Below, piece after piece: positions 1-10,436 of a stretch of DNA of 64,000 bases. Source of the stretch: an uncultured Acidobacteriota bacterium (GTDB lineage: Bacteria; Acidobacteriota; Blastocatellia; RBC074); contig CAWEYR010000019.1 of the NCBI GenBank assembly GCA_963813345.1, positions 41,689 to 105,688 of the forward strand, read 5' to 3'. The first letter of the stretch is position 1. Every line of letters begins with the position of its first letter. The position numbers and the translations under genes were made by a program. Under the pieces are notes generated by a model, which was not told where the DNA came from, searched no databases, and saw only the letters and a list, made by a program, of their open reading frames with translations.

Positions 1-229
1 CAATCTCCTTTTTCAACTGCGGAACATCCGCGGTTGATGACAGAGAGTAAATCAAGCTGTGTGCCGAACTTGAACTGAGTGGCTTACGATGATCCTAAAG
101 CTTGATTAAATTGGGGTTGATAGCGCAACCACCATTTCTCGAGAGGTATTGGCACGCCGGAATCCACCCCAACTGGAGAGAAGATCAGACGTTTTGGTGC
201 GCTCTCTCAGGGAACGCCGCCCTAGAACG

Positions 230-342
230 CTGGGAGCGCCGGCCTCCGGCCGGCACGAGCCGCGAAGCGTGCGAGTCTTAGCCAAGGATTCTCCACGACT
301 CGCGCGCTTCGCGGCTCGTGGCCGGCCGACCGGCGCTCCCAG
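230..342. repeat. REP-like long inverted repeat (CTGGGAGCGCCGGCC family)
   Basis: CTGGGAGCGCCGGCC...CACGAGCCGCGAAGCGTGCGAGTC pairs with GACTCGCGCGCTTCGCGGCTCGTG...CCGGCGCTCCCAG; same ends recur at 16544-16707 and 52569-52706. Confidence 0.85.
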
Positions 343-419
343 GTGCGGCCTAAAATTTGACTCTAGTGGACTTGTTCTGCTAACTTTGCTTTCTTTGCTA
401 TCTTTGCTTATAGCCAACT

Positions 420-1405
420 ATGGCCTACTTCTTTATTGTCCGTATAGCGCGCGGATCGTTGGTTCTGGCGCTCTCTCTCCTTGCGATCTCGTGCTCAAGC
501 CTCGTCAAGGTTCGGGATACATCAATCCCGGAACTGCTCGCACCGGTTGCAAATTCTGACGTCGCGGGCCTGTTGACCAGCATTGAGCCTTTCACAACCA
601 TGCAGGCTCTACGCGCCAGCCGGGTCCTGATACAGTTCATCGATGTCGAGTCGAAGGACAAGTACCGGACCGCTGACGCCATTCTCGCTGTCCAGAGACC
701 CGACAAGATTCGGCTCGTCGTTCAGGTACCCGTAACCGGCACACGCATCGCCGAGATGGTCTCGGAGTCAAATCACTTTAAAGTCGCCATCTATCTGGAC
801 ACTTCCAAACGCTTTCTGACCGGAACCAACAATGCCGATTACTCTCACTGGAAGACGCGACTCGGTGAAAAGCAGCAATCTGCTATCATCAACGCGCGTC
901 CTTTCCATTTTACGGACGCGTTGATGATGGGCCCGTTGCGTCTCAAGGACCCGGTTACGCATACAGCCTCGAGGAAGCGCTGGTCGAAGAGACCGATACG
1001 CGCCCGAGTGCAAAGAAGAATGCACGCGTGTTGCGCAGCTTTTATGTTGTATCAGAGGTGGCCCTGAACAAGGGGGGTGAAGGAGGCGCCGCGCGAACGC
1101 TCAGGCGGTTCTGGTTTGACCGCACAAATGGTCTTCTCTTCACGCGTCAACAGCTTTTTGATGACAAAGGCACGATGTCAACGGAAGTCCACTATTCGAG
1201 CTATCAGAAACTCAGCGACGATAATTCTCACCAGTGGCCGACGGTGGTGCTGGTTTCCCGGCCGTATGACAATTATGCTGCAAGACTGACGTTTGCGTCC
1301 GGACGTTTCGATGTCAACCCCGACGATCTCTCACCGAACGCGTTTGTGCTCGAGAACAAGGAGAATCTCCCGGTAACTGATCTTGACCGTCCGGTCACTC
1401 CCTGA
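420..1405 (+). CDS. Lipoprotein, possible LolA/LolB-like fold (one frameshift near 953)
   Basis: Lipobox LAISC; RPDKIRL motif; ORFs 420-1067 and 1028-1405 join if one G is restored at gacccg(g)gttac, giving [12 protein letters not shown]. Confidence 0.65.
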
Positions 1406-1424
1406 AGCAGCAGACTCCAAGGTT

Positions 1425-1448
1425 CCGCCTGAAGGCGGTACAACGTAC
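1425..1448 (-). repeat. REP family A unit (GTACGTTGTACCGCCTTCAGGCGG)
   Basis: CCGCC-TGAA-GGCGG-TACAACGTAC on + strand; related copies at 3285, 15059, 17583, 33284, 49202, 49267 and 56656. Confidence 0.9.
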
Positions 1449-2546
1449 ATGGACAGCTTGATCGCATCAAATATCCGGCAGCGGCCGACGCGGACGATGG
1501 TGAGTGTTGCTGGTGTAGCGCTCGGTGTCATCCTGATCGTCGTCAACACATCCCTTGTCCGCGGGATACTGAATGACCGCCAGCGCCGCGAACAGGGACT
1601 CGGAGCCGAGATTCAATTCAGCCGCAAGGGCTCGTCGATTGTCTCAGCATCATCCATACTTTCGCTTGATGTTCGCTATTGCGATCGTCTCAGACAGATC
1701 GAAGGAGTAGAGGCGGTGAGTCCTGTGGGGCGCTACGTTCAGCGCGGTACCAGCGGACTCGGCGTCGAGCAGGTCGATGGCATCGACTTTGCAAGCTATC
1801 AGGCGATGAGTGGCCTCAAAATCATAGAAGGAGCTACGTTTCAGAACAACAACGAAGTCATCATCGACGATTTCAAGGCTTCACACAGTAACCTGCCTGT
1901 AGGCAGCGATTTCCAGGTCTTCGGCCAGTCTATGAAAGTGGTCGGAATATACACTCCGCCTTCGGGTTCGCGAATCAAAATGTCGCTTGCCGCTCTTCAG
2001 GAGGCGCAAGCTGCACCCGACAAATGCACATTTATCATGGTGAAGTGCAAGAATCCGGATGAAGCAACGATCGTTCAGGAGCGCATCGATAAGGAGCTTC
2101 CGGGAAACATTGTCATCCTGACCCGCGACATCGCTACCGGTTTCAGCCGGGCGGTGCCAGGGCTGGACGGATTCATTCGAAGCGTGCTGGTGCTTTCCAT
2201 ATTCGTCAGCACTCTTGTGATCCTGATTGCGATGTATACGACGATCACGGAGCGGACAAGAGAGATCGGCATTCTGAAATCACTGGGCGCATCGAAGGGA
2301 TACATCGTAAGTCTGATAGAAAAAGAGGCGCTCGCAATAAGCCTGATTGGCGTGGTTGCGGGCGTTATCGGCGCGGCGCTGGTGAGCTGGATCATTGAGA
2401 GCACGACAACGCTCCAGCTGGAATTCGACTGGAAGTGGGTAATGATTGCTGCTCTTGCTGGTCTCGGAGCCGGTGTGCTCGGCGCACTCTATCCAGCTTA
2501 TCGAGCAGCCAATCAGGACCCGGTCGCAGCGTTATCTTATGAGTGA
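1449..2546 (+). CDS. ABC transporter permease, MacB/LolE/FtsX family
   Basis: N-terminal TM, periplasmic domain, [15 protein letters not shown] motif, C-terminal DPVAALSYE; ATG 1449 chosen because the upstream ORF extension is REP-derived. Confidence 0.9.
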   Translation: MDSLIASNIRQRPTRTMVSVAGVALGVILIVVNTSLVRGILNDRQRREQGLGAEIQFSRKGSSIVSASSILSLDVRYCDRLRQIEGVEAVSPVGRYVQRGTSGLGVEQVDGIDFASYQAMSGLKIIEGATFQNNNEVIIDDFKASHSNLPVGSDFQVFGQSMKVVGIYTPPSGSRIKMSLAALQEAQAAPDKCTFIMVKCKNPDEATIVQERIDKELPGNIVILTRDIATGFSRAVPGLDGFIRSVLVLSIFVSTLVILIAMYTTITERTREIGILKSLGASKGYIVSLIEKEALAISLIGVVAGVIGAALVSWIIESTTTLQLEFDWKWVMIAALAGLGAGVLGALYPAYRAANQDPVAALSYE

Positions 2547-3264
2547 AGTGCGTGAAGCGGCTCCGATTCTTGTGACCGAAGACCTGACGATGACGTATCG
2601 CGTCGGCAAGGTTGATGTGCACGCGTTGCGCGGGGTCAATCTGCGAGTTGGCCGGGGCGAGTTTGTTTCTGTAATGGGCCCGTCGGGCTGCGGCAAATCG
2701 ACGTTGCTGCATATTCTGGGAGGGCTGCTCCAGCCGACCTCAGGCAAAGTCCTTGTCGATGACGAAGACCTTGCTCGCGTCAGTGACGCGGAACGAACCG
2801 ATATCCGGCGGCGCAAGATCGGCTTTGTCTTCCAGAGATTCAATCTGTTCCCGACCTTAACAGCCGAAGGCAATCTCAGGCTGGCTGAGCATATTCATGG
2901 ATCCGGCAACAGGGGTTCAGCCGAAAAGACTGGTCGAAAGGGCGATGAGAATATGCGGCGCGAGGTATTGGGCCTTCTTGGTCTCGAAAACAAGTTGCAT
3001 CATAAACCGCTCGAGCTTTCTGGCGGCGAGCAACAACGTGTCGCGCTCGCGCGTGCAATTGTCAATCGTCCCGCTATTATCCTGGCGGACGAGCCGACGG
3101 GTAATCTGGACACCGAGAATTCAGAGCTTGTCCTGAAGATGCTGAGACAGCTCAACACGCAATTCAAACAGACCATCGTCATGATCACCCACAATCCCGA
3201 AGCGGCGGCGATTGCTGGTCGTATCATTGAAATGCGCGACGGGCGGATCGTTGCGGGCGCCTGA
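2539..3264 (+). CDS. ABC transporter ATP-binding protein, LolD/MacB type
   Basis: Walker [17 protein letters not shown] signature, ADEPTGNLD. Confidence 0.95.
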   Translation: MSEVREAAPILVTEDLTMTYRVGKVDVHALRGVNLRVGRGEFVSVMGPSGCGKSTLLHILGGLLQPTSGKVLVDDEDLARVSDAERTDIRRRKIGFVFQRFNLFPTLTAEGNLRLAEHIHGSGNRGSAEKTGRKGDENMRREVLGLLGLENKLHHKPLELSGGEQQRVALARAIVNRPAIILADEPTGNLDTENSELVLKMLRQLNTQFKQTIVMITHNPEAAAIAGRIIEMRDGRIVAGA

Positions 3265-3284
3265 AAGAGTTCTTACGCGGAAAT

Positions 3285-3308
3285 CCGCCTGACGGCGGTA
3301 CGGCGTAT
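3285..3308 (-). repeat. REP family A unit (degenerate)
   Basis: CCGCCTGACGGCGGTACGGCGTAT. Confidence 0.7.
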
Positions 3309-3312
3309 ATTT

Positions 3313-3751
3313 GTGAGAAACGTCTTAGTTGGCATCAAAAACGTTCTTCTCTGGTCATACGAGCGCGGTTCATGGCAATATGACCTACTTTGTCTGCTCA
3401 TCGTAGCGATAATCTTCCTGGTTCCAGGGAGCTATTTTGGCGATCGTGACCGGGAGGTAATCCGGGACGAGTCGGTGACAGCGCGTGCGGAATGGAATCG
3501 CGAGGAATGGCACCGGGAGGAAAGGAATTGAGAAGACCGAAATGATTATTGGAGCCGCCGAGCTCCAGGAGTTTGCACACGCCGGGAGCTTGCAGATTGA
3601 TTTGGTGAATCATCCTGGTGACGCGATTCTTGCTTTTGTCGAAAATCGATGTAAGTGCAAGGCTACACTGGTGCTTCCGTATGAGATGGCGCGCGACGAC
3701 AAGGGTGGAATGGTATATAGGGTTTGGTACCGGAAGCGAGAGCGGCTATAA
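3313..3751 (+). CDS. Hypothetical membrane protein (probably one gene with a frameshift near 3490)
   Basis: [11 protein letters not shown] followed by a TM helix in 3313-3531; overlapping ORF 3485-3751 continues it. Confidence 0.55.
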
Positions 3752-3836
3752 TTTAGGTTGGTCTTTTTTGATCGACGATTCACGCAAGAACATACAAGGG
3801 CATTTAGCCAGGCAGATACGGAGACGAATTCGAAGA

Positions 3837-4541
3837 ATGAAACGCTCAATAACGTTCGCAGCAGTATTAGCGCTGATAGCTTTTCTTGGAGGTGGCCGGC
3901 CCGCAAACGCGAATGGCAATCCGCAGTTGCTCACAGGAATTCTCCAGAAGATGGAGAAGGCACATCTGGATCTTAAGAGCCTCAAGGCTGCAATAATGCA
4001 GCAGAAGGTCAACGTCCAGATCAACGTCAAGGATACAGATGTGGGAACCCTTCTCTATAAGCCTGCGGCTGGAAATGAGAAGGGAAAAGTTCGCATCGAT
4101 TACACGAAGCCCGACACGCGTGTCGTGTCCGTAGTCGGCAACAACTTCGTGTTCTATCAGCCGCGAATCAACCAGGTCGTCAAGACAACCCTCCAGCAGG
4201 CATCGAAGGGTAAGACGGGTGGTTATACATCGATTATCGGTCTCGACGGATCTGTAAAGAACCTGGCTCGTAACTACAATATCGAGTACGTCAAGGAAGA
4301 GTCGATCGGCGGTGAAGCGACAACACAGCTTCATCTGACGCCAAAAAATGGCGGTTCACTGCAGAGCGTCGAAATCTGGGTGAGCAACCGGTCGTGGCTT
4401 CCCGTACAACAGAAGTTCGTAGAAAAGAATGGCGATTACACGATCGTCAAACTTACCAATCTCGAGCCCAATCTGAAGCTGTCGGATGATGCTTTCATCG
4501 TGAAGTATCCGAACAGCACAGTCGTTGTCGACAAAATATAG
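3837..4541 (+). CDS. lolA: Outer-membrane lipoprotein carrier LolA family protein
   Basis: Signal peptide; GKVRIDYTKP, FYQPRINQV, EKNGDYTIVKL and DDAF motifs of the LolA fold. Confidence 0.8.
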   Translation: MKRSITFAAVLALIAFLGGGRPANANGNPQLLTGILQKMEKAHLDLKSLKAAIMQQKVNVQINVKDTDVGTLLYKPAAGNEKGKVRIDYTKPDTRVVSVVGNNFVFYQPRINQVVKTTLQQASKGKTGGYTSIIGLDGSVKNLARNYNIEYVKEESIGGEATTQLHLTPKNGGSLQSVEIWVSNRSWLPVQQKFVEKNGDYTIVKLTNLEPNLKLSDDAFIVKYPNSTVVVDKI

Positions 4542-4580
4542 TCGCGCATCGATCCATTGAAATTAGCCCGGGATGAAGAT

Positions 4581-4607
4581 GTAGGGGAGCCTCGATTGGC
4601 TCCTCTC
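4581..4607 (+). repeat. GTAG-footed REP-like hairpin
   Basis: GTAG-GGGAGCC-TCGATT-GGCTCCT; single copy in the window. Confidence 0.45.
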
Positions 4608-4666
4608 ACTAATTCCGGCGGGGCTCGTACCGGGTTCACCACCAGCCTCACACTGGTCAAGCTCTG

Positions 4667-5695
4667 ATGCGTAAACTAACGCGCGCGATACGCGAGACGC
4701 AGTTTGTAGCTCGCGCACTCACATCAACCAGCCGTCCGATCCTGGCGCACATCATCCCGATGCGTCGCTGCAACCTTTCGTGCGGCTACTGTAACGAGTA
4801 CGACAAGTTCTCAGAGCCTGTCGCGCTCGAGAAGGTGAAGGAGCGTCTCGACCGACTCGCATCGTTTGGCACGCTGGCTGTGACGATCAGCGGCGGCGAG
4901 CCGATGCTCCACCCGCAAATCTACGAGATCATCGCGCACATCCGGTCGCACGGTATGATGGCCGGCCTGATCAGCAACGGCTATTACATGACACGCGAGC
5001 GGATCGAGAAGCTGAACAATGCCGGTCTTGAATACCTGCAGATCAGCATCGATAACGTCATCCCGGACGAAGTTTCACGTAAGAGCCTGAAGGTGCTCGA
5101 TCGTTATCTTGTCTATCTGTCCGAGTACGCCGAATTCCATATCAACATCAATTCTGTCGTCGGCGGTGGGATAAAGAATCCCGAAGATGCTCTCGCAGTC
5201 GCAAAACGTGCGGTCGAGCTCGGCTTTGGATCAACGGTCGGCATCATTCACGACCATAATGGTCAGCTCAAGCCTCTGAGCGGAGTGGAAGAACAGGTCT
5301 ATAAGCAGCTGCGTCGCTTCGGCAAGAAGAAGTTTGGATGGTTGAATGATTTCCAGGACGATCTCGCATATGGACGTCCTCACGAATGGCGATGCCGTGC
5401 GGGAGCCCGCTATCTTTACATCTGCGAGGACGGCCTGGTGCACTACTGCTCGCAACAGCGAGGCTATCCCGGCATACCACTTCTTGAATATACGGCCGAA
5501 CACATGAGGCGCGAGTTCTACAACGAGAAACCTTGTGCGAAGTTCTGCACTGTAGCCTGCGTTCAACAGGTCGCGTGGGCCGATAACTGGCGCGCTCCAC
5601 AACTGCCGTTCGATATCCAGGACAAAGCCGGGGACATCGATCCGGGAACGGGAGCGGTGGTCGGTGGTCAATGGTCAGTGGTCGGAGAAGAATAA
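4667..5695 (+). CDS. Radical SAM protein with C-terminal SPASM/twitch-like cysteines
   Basis: [16 protein letters not shown]...HYC...CAKFCTVAC. Confidence 0.9.
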   Translation: MRKLTRAIRETQFVARALTSTSRPILAHIIPMRRCNLSCGYCNEYDKFSEPVALEKVKERLDRLASFGTLAVTISGGEPMLHPQIYEIIAHIRSHGMMAGLISNGYYMTRERIEKLNNAGLEYLQISIDNVIPDEVSRKSLKVLDRYLVYLSEYAEFHININSVVGGGIKNPEDALAVAKRAVELGFGSTVGIIHDHNGQLKPLSGVEEQVYKQLRRFGKKKFGWLNDFQDDLAYGRPHEWRCRAGARYLYICEDGLVHYCSQQRGYPGIPLLEYTAEHMRREFYNEKPCAKFCTVACVQQVAWADNWRAPQLPFDIQDKAGDIDPGTGAVVGGQWSVVGEE

Positions 5696-5792
5696 CCACG
5701 GAACACACGGAAGAAGCACGGAAAGACACGGAAGCAGAGTCTAAAGTTTGTTTCCGTGTCTTTCCGTGCTTCTTCCGTGTGTTCCGTGGTTA
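5693..5792. repeat. 41-bp perfect inverted repeat built of CACGGAA units (likely bidirectional terminator or stabiliser)
   Basis: TAACCACGGAACACACGGAAGAAGCACGGAAAGACACGGAA and its exact reverse complement, between convergent genes. Confidence 0.9.
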
Positions 5793-5798
5793 CTTCTT

Positions 5799-7228
5799 TC
5801 AATCGATCTCACCTATCCGATGCAGTTTCATTAAGCTCGAGAGACCCGGCTGCTCCGGGACATTTCCCGCCATCACGACGCTCATTTCTCCTTTTGAAAG
5901 CAATCCTTCGCTGATGAGACGCTCATCGACGCGCGCAAGCAAGGCGGCGCTGCTGCCGGTAAAATCGACGCGGAAAGGTTCGATCCCCCAGACTGCGGCA
6001 AGCGTGTTGCGCGTCTTCTCAAGCGGGGTGAAAGCGATGATCCGCTCGCGAGGGCGTAGAGCGGCAACATGCCGCGCCATGACACCTAATCGCGTCAACA
6101 CAACAATCATATTGAGCTGCATTTCGCGCGCGGCAAAAACGGCGGCCTCTGCAATCGCGCGCCCCTCTTTCCCGGTGATCTCAACTGCCGATGGCCAGCC
6201 TGCCTTGAATTGAACAGTGAGCTTCGGTGAACTCGATGATCCGGGACATAGTGCTTACTGACTCGACGGGGTATTCACCAACTGCCGTCTCGCCTGACAA
6301 CATGACTGCATCCGTACCATCGAGTATCGCATTCGCAACGTCGGATGCCTCTGCGCGAGTCGGCCGGGGTTCGTGAGTCATCGACTCGAGCATCTGGGTG
6401 GCTGTTATGACTATCTTCTCACCTGCGTTCGCCGAAGCGATGATTCGTTTCTGGTGAAACGGAACGCTTTCGACCGGAGTCTCGACGCCGAGATCACCGC
6501 GGGCCACCATCACTCCTTCACACGCATCGATGATGTTTGTCAGGTCCTCGAGAGCCTCGCTCTTCTCTATCTTTGCTATCAGGGGAGTATCGTGACCGAG
6601 TTTCTTGATCTGTGCTTTCGCGCTCAGGCAATCGGCAGCGCTCCGCACAAATGATAGTGCAACATAATCAGCATCCTGCTCGAGACCGAACTTGAGATCA
6701 ACGAGGTCTTTTTCGGTGAGCGAAGGCGCCGAGAAGTCGCGCTCCGGGAAGACTGATCCCTTGCCTTTCTCCCAGCAGTCCGCCATTGCTGACGCGAGTT
6801 ACGACATCGGTGTGCGCATCCACGCGCTCGACAATCAACTCGATCATTCCATCGGCAAGCAGAATCCGATTTCCAGGTATCACGTCGACAGGCAGCTGAG
6901 AATAGCCCGTTGAAATCAGGCTCGCATTGCCTTCAATGGTTCTCGTAGTGATCGTGAGCGTCTGACCATTCTTGAGCTCAACTGGTTTTCCGTCCTGCAG
7001 CTTTCCGGTTCGAATCTTCGGGCCACAGAGATCGATCAGAATGGCAAGCGGGCGTTTGAGATCGGAAGCCAGTTTGCGGGCAGTTCGGATGGTTTCGGCG
7101 TGGTCTTCGTGACTGCCGTGCGACATGTTGATGCGCACGACATCCACTCCTGCGATAAGAAGATCGCGGAGACGCGCTTCAGGGCGCGACGCCGGCCCTG
7201 CAGTCGCGACGATCTTGGCACGTCTCAT
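5799..7228 (-). CDS. pyk: Pyruvate kinase (two frameshifts, near 6750 and 6190)
   Basis: [43 protein letters not shown] and [10 protein letters not shown] spread over three ORF pieces. Confidence 0.95.
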
Positions 7229-7240
7229 TTTGAAGACTGA

Positions 7241-7780
7241 TCAGCGCTTGGCGAGCTCGCGCCCGACCGCAGCGCTCAACTCGTTTGCGACATCTGTGTT
7301 GTAGCCAATGAAGTGAGCTGCAATGCGACCATCACGCCCGACAACCAGAGTCTGCGGTACGGAGACGTTGCGGGACGAAACGAAATCCGCAAAGACGGGG
7401 TCTTTTACAGTCGACACGGGAAAGCTGACCTGGTTGTCCTTGACGTACTTCCCTACGACATCGTCAGACTCTTCGACCGCGAGCCCGACTACAGTCAGTC
7501 CATTCGCCTGGCTGTCAGCGTGCAGCTTCTGCAGCGAAGGAAGATGCGCTCGTGAGTGACCGCACCAGGTCGTGAAGAAATCGATCACAACCACCTGGCC
7601 GCGGAGCTTCGAAAGACTGAAATCGCCCGCGCCTGTACCCTGGTTTACTGCTCGAAACTGTTTGTTGACAACCTTGTCTTTCGGCAGATTGCCAACTTGA
7701 GTCTGTGCCTGAGCATACGCTCCGCCCAAAACGACGATGAGCAGACCCATCCGGGTCAGCCTGGGAATTGATTTATGCAT
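7241..7780 (-). CDS. TlpA/ResA-like exported thioredoxin (CxxS)
   Basis: Signal peptide; GQVVVIDFFTTWCGHS; SVPQT cis-Pro loop. Confidence 0.85.
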   Translation of the reverse strand: MHKSIPRLTRMGLLIVVLGGAYAQAQTQVGNLPKDKVVNKQFRAVNQGTGAGDFSLSKLRGQVVVIDFFTTWCGHSRAHLPSLQKLHADSQANGLTVVGLAVEESDDVVGKYVKDNQVSFPVSTVKDPVFADFVSSRNVSVPQTLVVGRDGRIAAHFIGYNTDVANELSAAVGRELAKR

Positions 7781-7801
7781 GATTTGATTCGACTCGATTC
7801 T

Positions 7802-8490
7802 CTAGAACGCAGCGCGATTTATCCGTCGTCCATCATCGCGGCTGCTGGCCTTCGAACCGGGTTTGACAACTGGCACCCGGCCGATCTGCTCCTGAATCTT
7901 GGTGCGCACTTCCTTGCCAATCTCATCGGTCCAGCCAATCCAGCGCTTCACCATCTTGCCGTCCGTACCAAAGAGGATTATCTGGGGAACGCTGTGATTG
8001 TGGCTGTCAGCAAAGTAGGCAACGACCTCATTCGTTATGAAACCGATTGGATAGGCAACCTTCGTGTCGCGGATAAACCCGCGGACATCATTGACCTTGT
8101 CGGGTTTGTCTGTAGCCAGGCCAAGAACAGTAAACTCGCGTGCCTTGAATTGATTGTAGATCTCTGACATATGCGGGGCATGGTCGCGGCAGTGTGGGCA
8201 CTGTGACCAGAACATATCGATCACCACCACCTTACCCCTGAGGCTCGAAAGCTTGATCTTCGCTGGCGCACCGCCCGCCGGTCCATTATAGATCATCGAA
8301 ATAATCATCTCGGGCGTATCGTTGCTGCCATCGGGTGAGGGAAGTTCCGGTACATCATCTAAATGGCGAGCGGCCGATACACTCGAAGGAACCTGGGACA
8401 CGAGATTGTAAAGCTGCCTTCAAATACGAACGCAAGTGCGAACACTGATATAAGAATCAGTAGAGGCAGCCGAAATTTGATACCTGACAT
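7802..8490 (-). CDS. TlpA/ResA-like thioredoxin (CPHC); frameshift near 8410
   Basis: [16 protein letters not shown]; hydrophobic N-terminus [21 protein letters not shown] from ATG 8490 joins if one T is restored. Confidence 0.85.
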
Positions 8491-8495
8491 AGACT

Positions 8496-9080
8496 CTAAC
8501 TCCTACCTAGTTGCTCGGTGACTATTCGATCGAGATATTCCACTCCGTGCTCTGCTCTGTAACCAACGAGATGTTCGATCAGTTTTCCATCTCTTCCGAA
8601 TATGAAAAGCTGCGGAATAGGCGGTTGACCCGTTTCGTCCTCCGTTCCCCTGAGGAACGCGCGCGAAAACCGATCATCGGCGTAACCGACAGTGTAATTC
8701 ATACCCACCTTTTGAATGAAGTCGAGCACCTCCGCCTCATCCTTTTTCTCGTTTAGGCTCAGACCTACGATTTCGAGGCCGCCCTTGTCTTTATGCCGGC
8801 GGTTGAGCTCAGCAAGCTGAGGAACCTGCTCGCGGCAAGGCGGGCAATAGGTTGCCCAGAAGTCGACAATTACGACTTTGCCGCTCAGATCGGCAAGCTT
8901 GAAGCTCGAGCCATCCGGTCTCGGGATCACATCATTGCGAACTTTCTCGACTGCATTCTCAATCGAAGCCGCGCGAGGTTTTGAGTTCGCTGACACTGGC
9001 CGCGGTGGCGCGGCATAGTTGCACGCACTGACAGCAAATACGATCACAAAGAGAACAAACGAGATGATGCTTCTGGCCAT
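8496..9080 (-). CDS. TlpA family lipoprotein (CPPC)
   Basis: Lipobox VSAC; GKVVIVDFWATYCPPC. Confidence 0.9.
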   Translation of the reverse strand: MARSIISFVLFVIVFAVSACNYAAPPRPVSANSKPRAASIENAVEKVRNDVIPRPDGSSFKLADLSGKVVIVDFWATYCPPCREQVPQLAELNRRHKDKGGLEIVGLSLNEKKDEAEVLDFIQKVGMNYTVGYADDRFSRAFLRGTEDETGQPPIPQLFIFGRDGKLIEHLVGYRAEHGVEYLDRIVTEQLGRS

Positions 9081-9083
9081 AGC

Positions 9084-9278
9084 CTAACCCTCATCAGAAA
9101 CGGAGCGTGTATCTTCACCTTCGATACTCATGCTTTCAGGATCTTCAACCACGGGCATTCTGTATTCTCCGGAGGCCCAATGTCCAAGATCAATCATCTG
9201 ACACCGCTCGGAACAGAAAGGGCGACACGGATTGTCGTCCCAGGAAGTCTCGCGATGGCAAAGCGGACATCGCCTCAT
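9084..9278 (-). CDS. yacG: DNA gyrase inhibitor YacG
   Basis: CPLC...[21 protein letters not shown]. Confidence 0.9.
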   Translation of the reverse strand: MRRCPLCHRETSWDDNPCRPFCSERCQMIDLGHWASGEYRMPVVEDPESMSIEGEDTRSVSDEG

Positions 9279-9336
9279 GATTACGTCTCCGCTACCGCAT
9301 GAACGCGGGAAAAGCTAATAATAGCACGGAAAGATC

Positions 9337-10436
9337 GTGAGAACGCCTAGATCCAAAGCATCGCTTCTTGTGGCCGCGGCGTGGCTGCTGCCAGGGCTAT
9401 ATTATGCCGTTCAGGTCTATCTGGAACAGTCGCCCGAGGGGCCGGGTACACGCAACCGACTCTCTGGACGGCGCTTATGCACGGCGTCGTGTTCTGGTTT
9501 TTGTGGGCGGCGTCGACACCGCTGATCGCACTGCTGGCGCGCACTTTCCCCCTCGAAGGCGAGCGATGGACCGATGGTCTCCAGTTTCATTTACCCGCCG
9601 GTCTCATCTTTTCGCTTCTGCATCTGCTCGCCTACGTCATCATCACGTCATCAATCGAAGCGCGTCACCTGCCGTATTCCTTTGAAGAGTTTCTGCGGAA
9701 CTTTCAAAAGGTGTTTTTTCGAAGTTTTGCGTGGTGGAGCCTTGTTTACTGGGCTGTGCTCATAGCGTGCTATGCCTGGGACTATCACGCACGGTACCGG
9801 TCCGGACTCCTCCGTGCTTCGCAACTCGAGACACAGCTTTCACAGGCGGAGCTTCGCGCGCTGAGGATGCAGCTTCATCCGCACTTTCTCTTCAATACAT
9901 TGAATTCAATCTCGGCGCTGCTTCATACAGATACGGAGGCGGCTGACCGAATGATCGCGCGGCTCGGTGATTTCCTCCGCTTGACGCTCTCGAGCCAAAG
10001 CAGTCATCAGGTCACACTCGCCGAGGAGCTCAAGTTCCTCGAATGCTACCTGTCAATCGAACGCGAGCGCTTTCGCGAGCGCTTGCAAATCTCGATCGAT
10101 ATTGAACCGAAGGCTATGAGCTCGCGTGTGCCCCACTTACTGCTGCAGCCTATCGTCGAGAACGCAATTCGACATGGTATCGCTCACCTCGAGCGCCCGG
10201 GTTCGCTTGCAGTTCGCGCGCGGATTGATGACAACTACCTGAGAATCGAGGTTGAAGACGATGGACCTGGGCTCGATTCATCGGTTGCGGGCGACGGAGT
10301 CGGGTTCAGGAATACGCGATCGAGACTCGAAGCACTGTATGGCGCAAATCACCGTTTTCTACTCTCACGCCCGGTAAGTGGAGGTCTTCTGGTGACGATC
10401 GAATTGCCGCTCGAGATGGAATACGCATATGCCTGA
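9337..10436 (+). CDS. LytS-family sensor histidine kinase (frameshift near 9430)
   Basis: TM helices, LRMQLHPHFLFNTLNSI, LQPIVENAIRHG, DDGPG. Confidence 0.9.

Noticed and set aside
174-215. GGAGAG...CTCTCAGG resembling a glycine riboswitch
   Set aside because: The central CCGAAG/P3 elements are missing and the spacing is too short; it is a simple hairpin
4667-5695. Assigning either radical SAM protein to HpnH, Mss or Tes
   Set aside because: Length and motifs did not match well enough by eye; needs an HMM search
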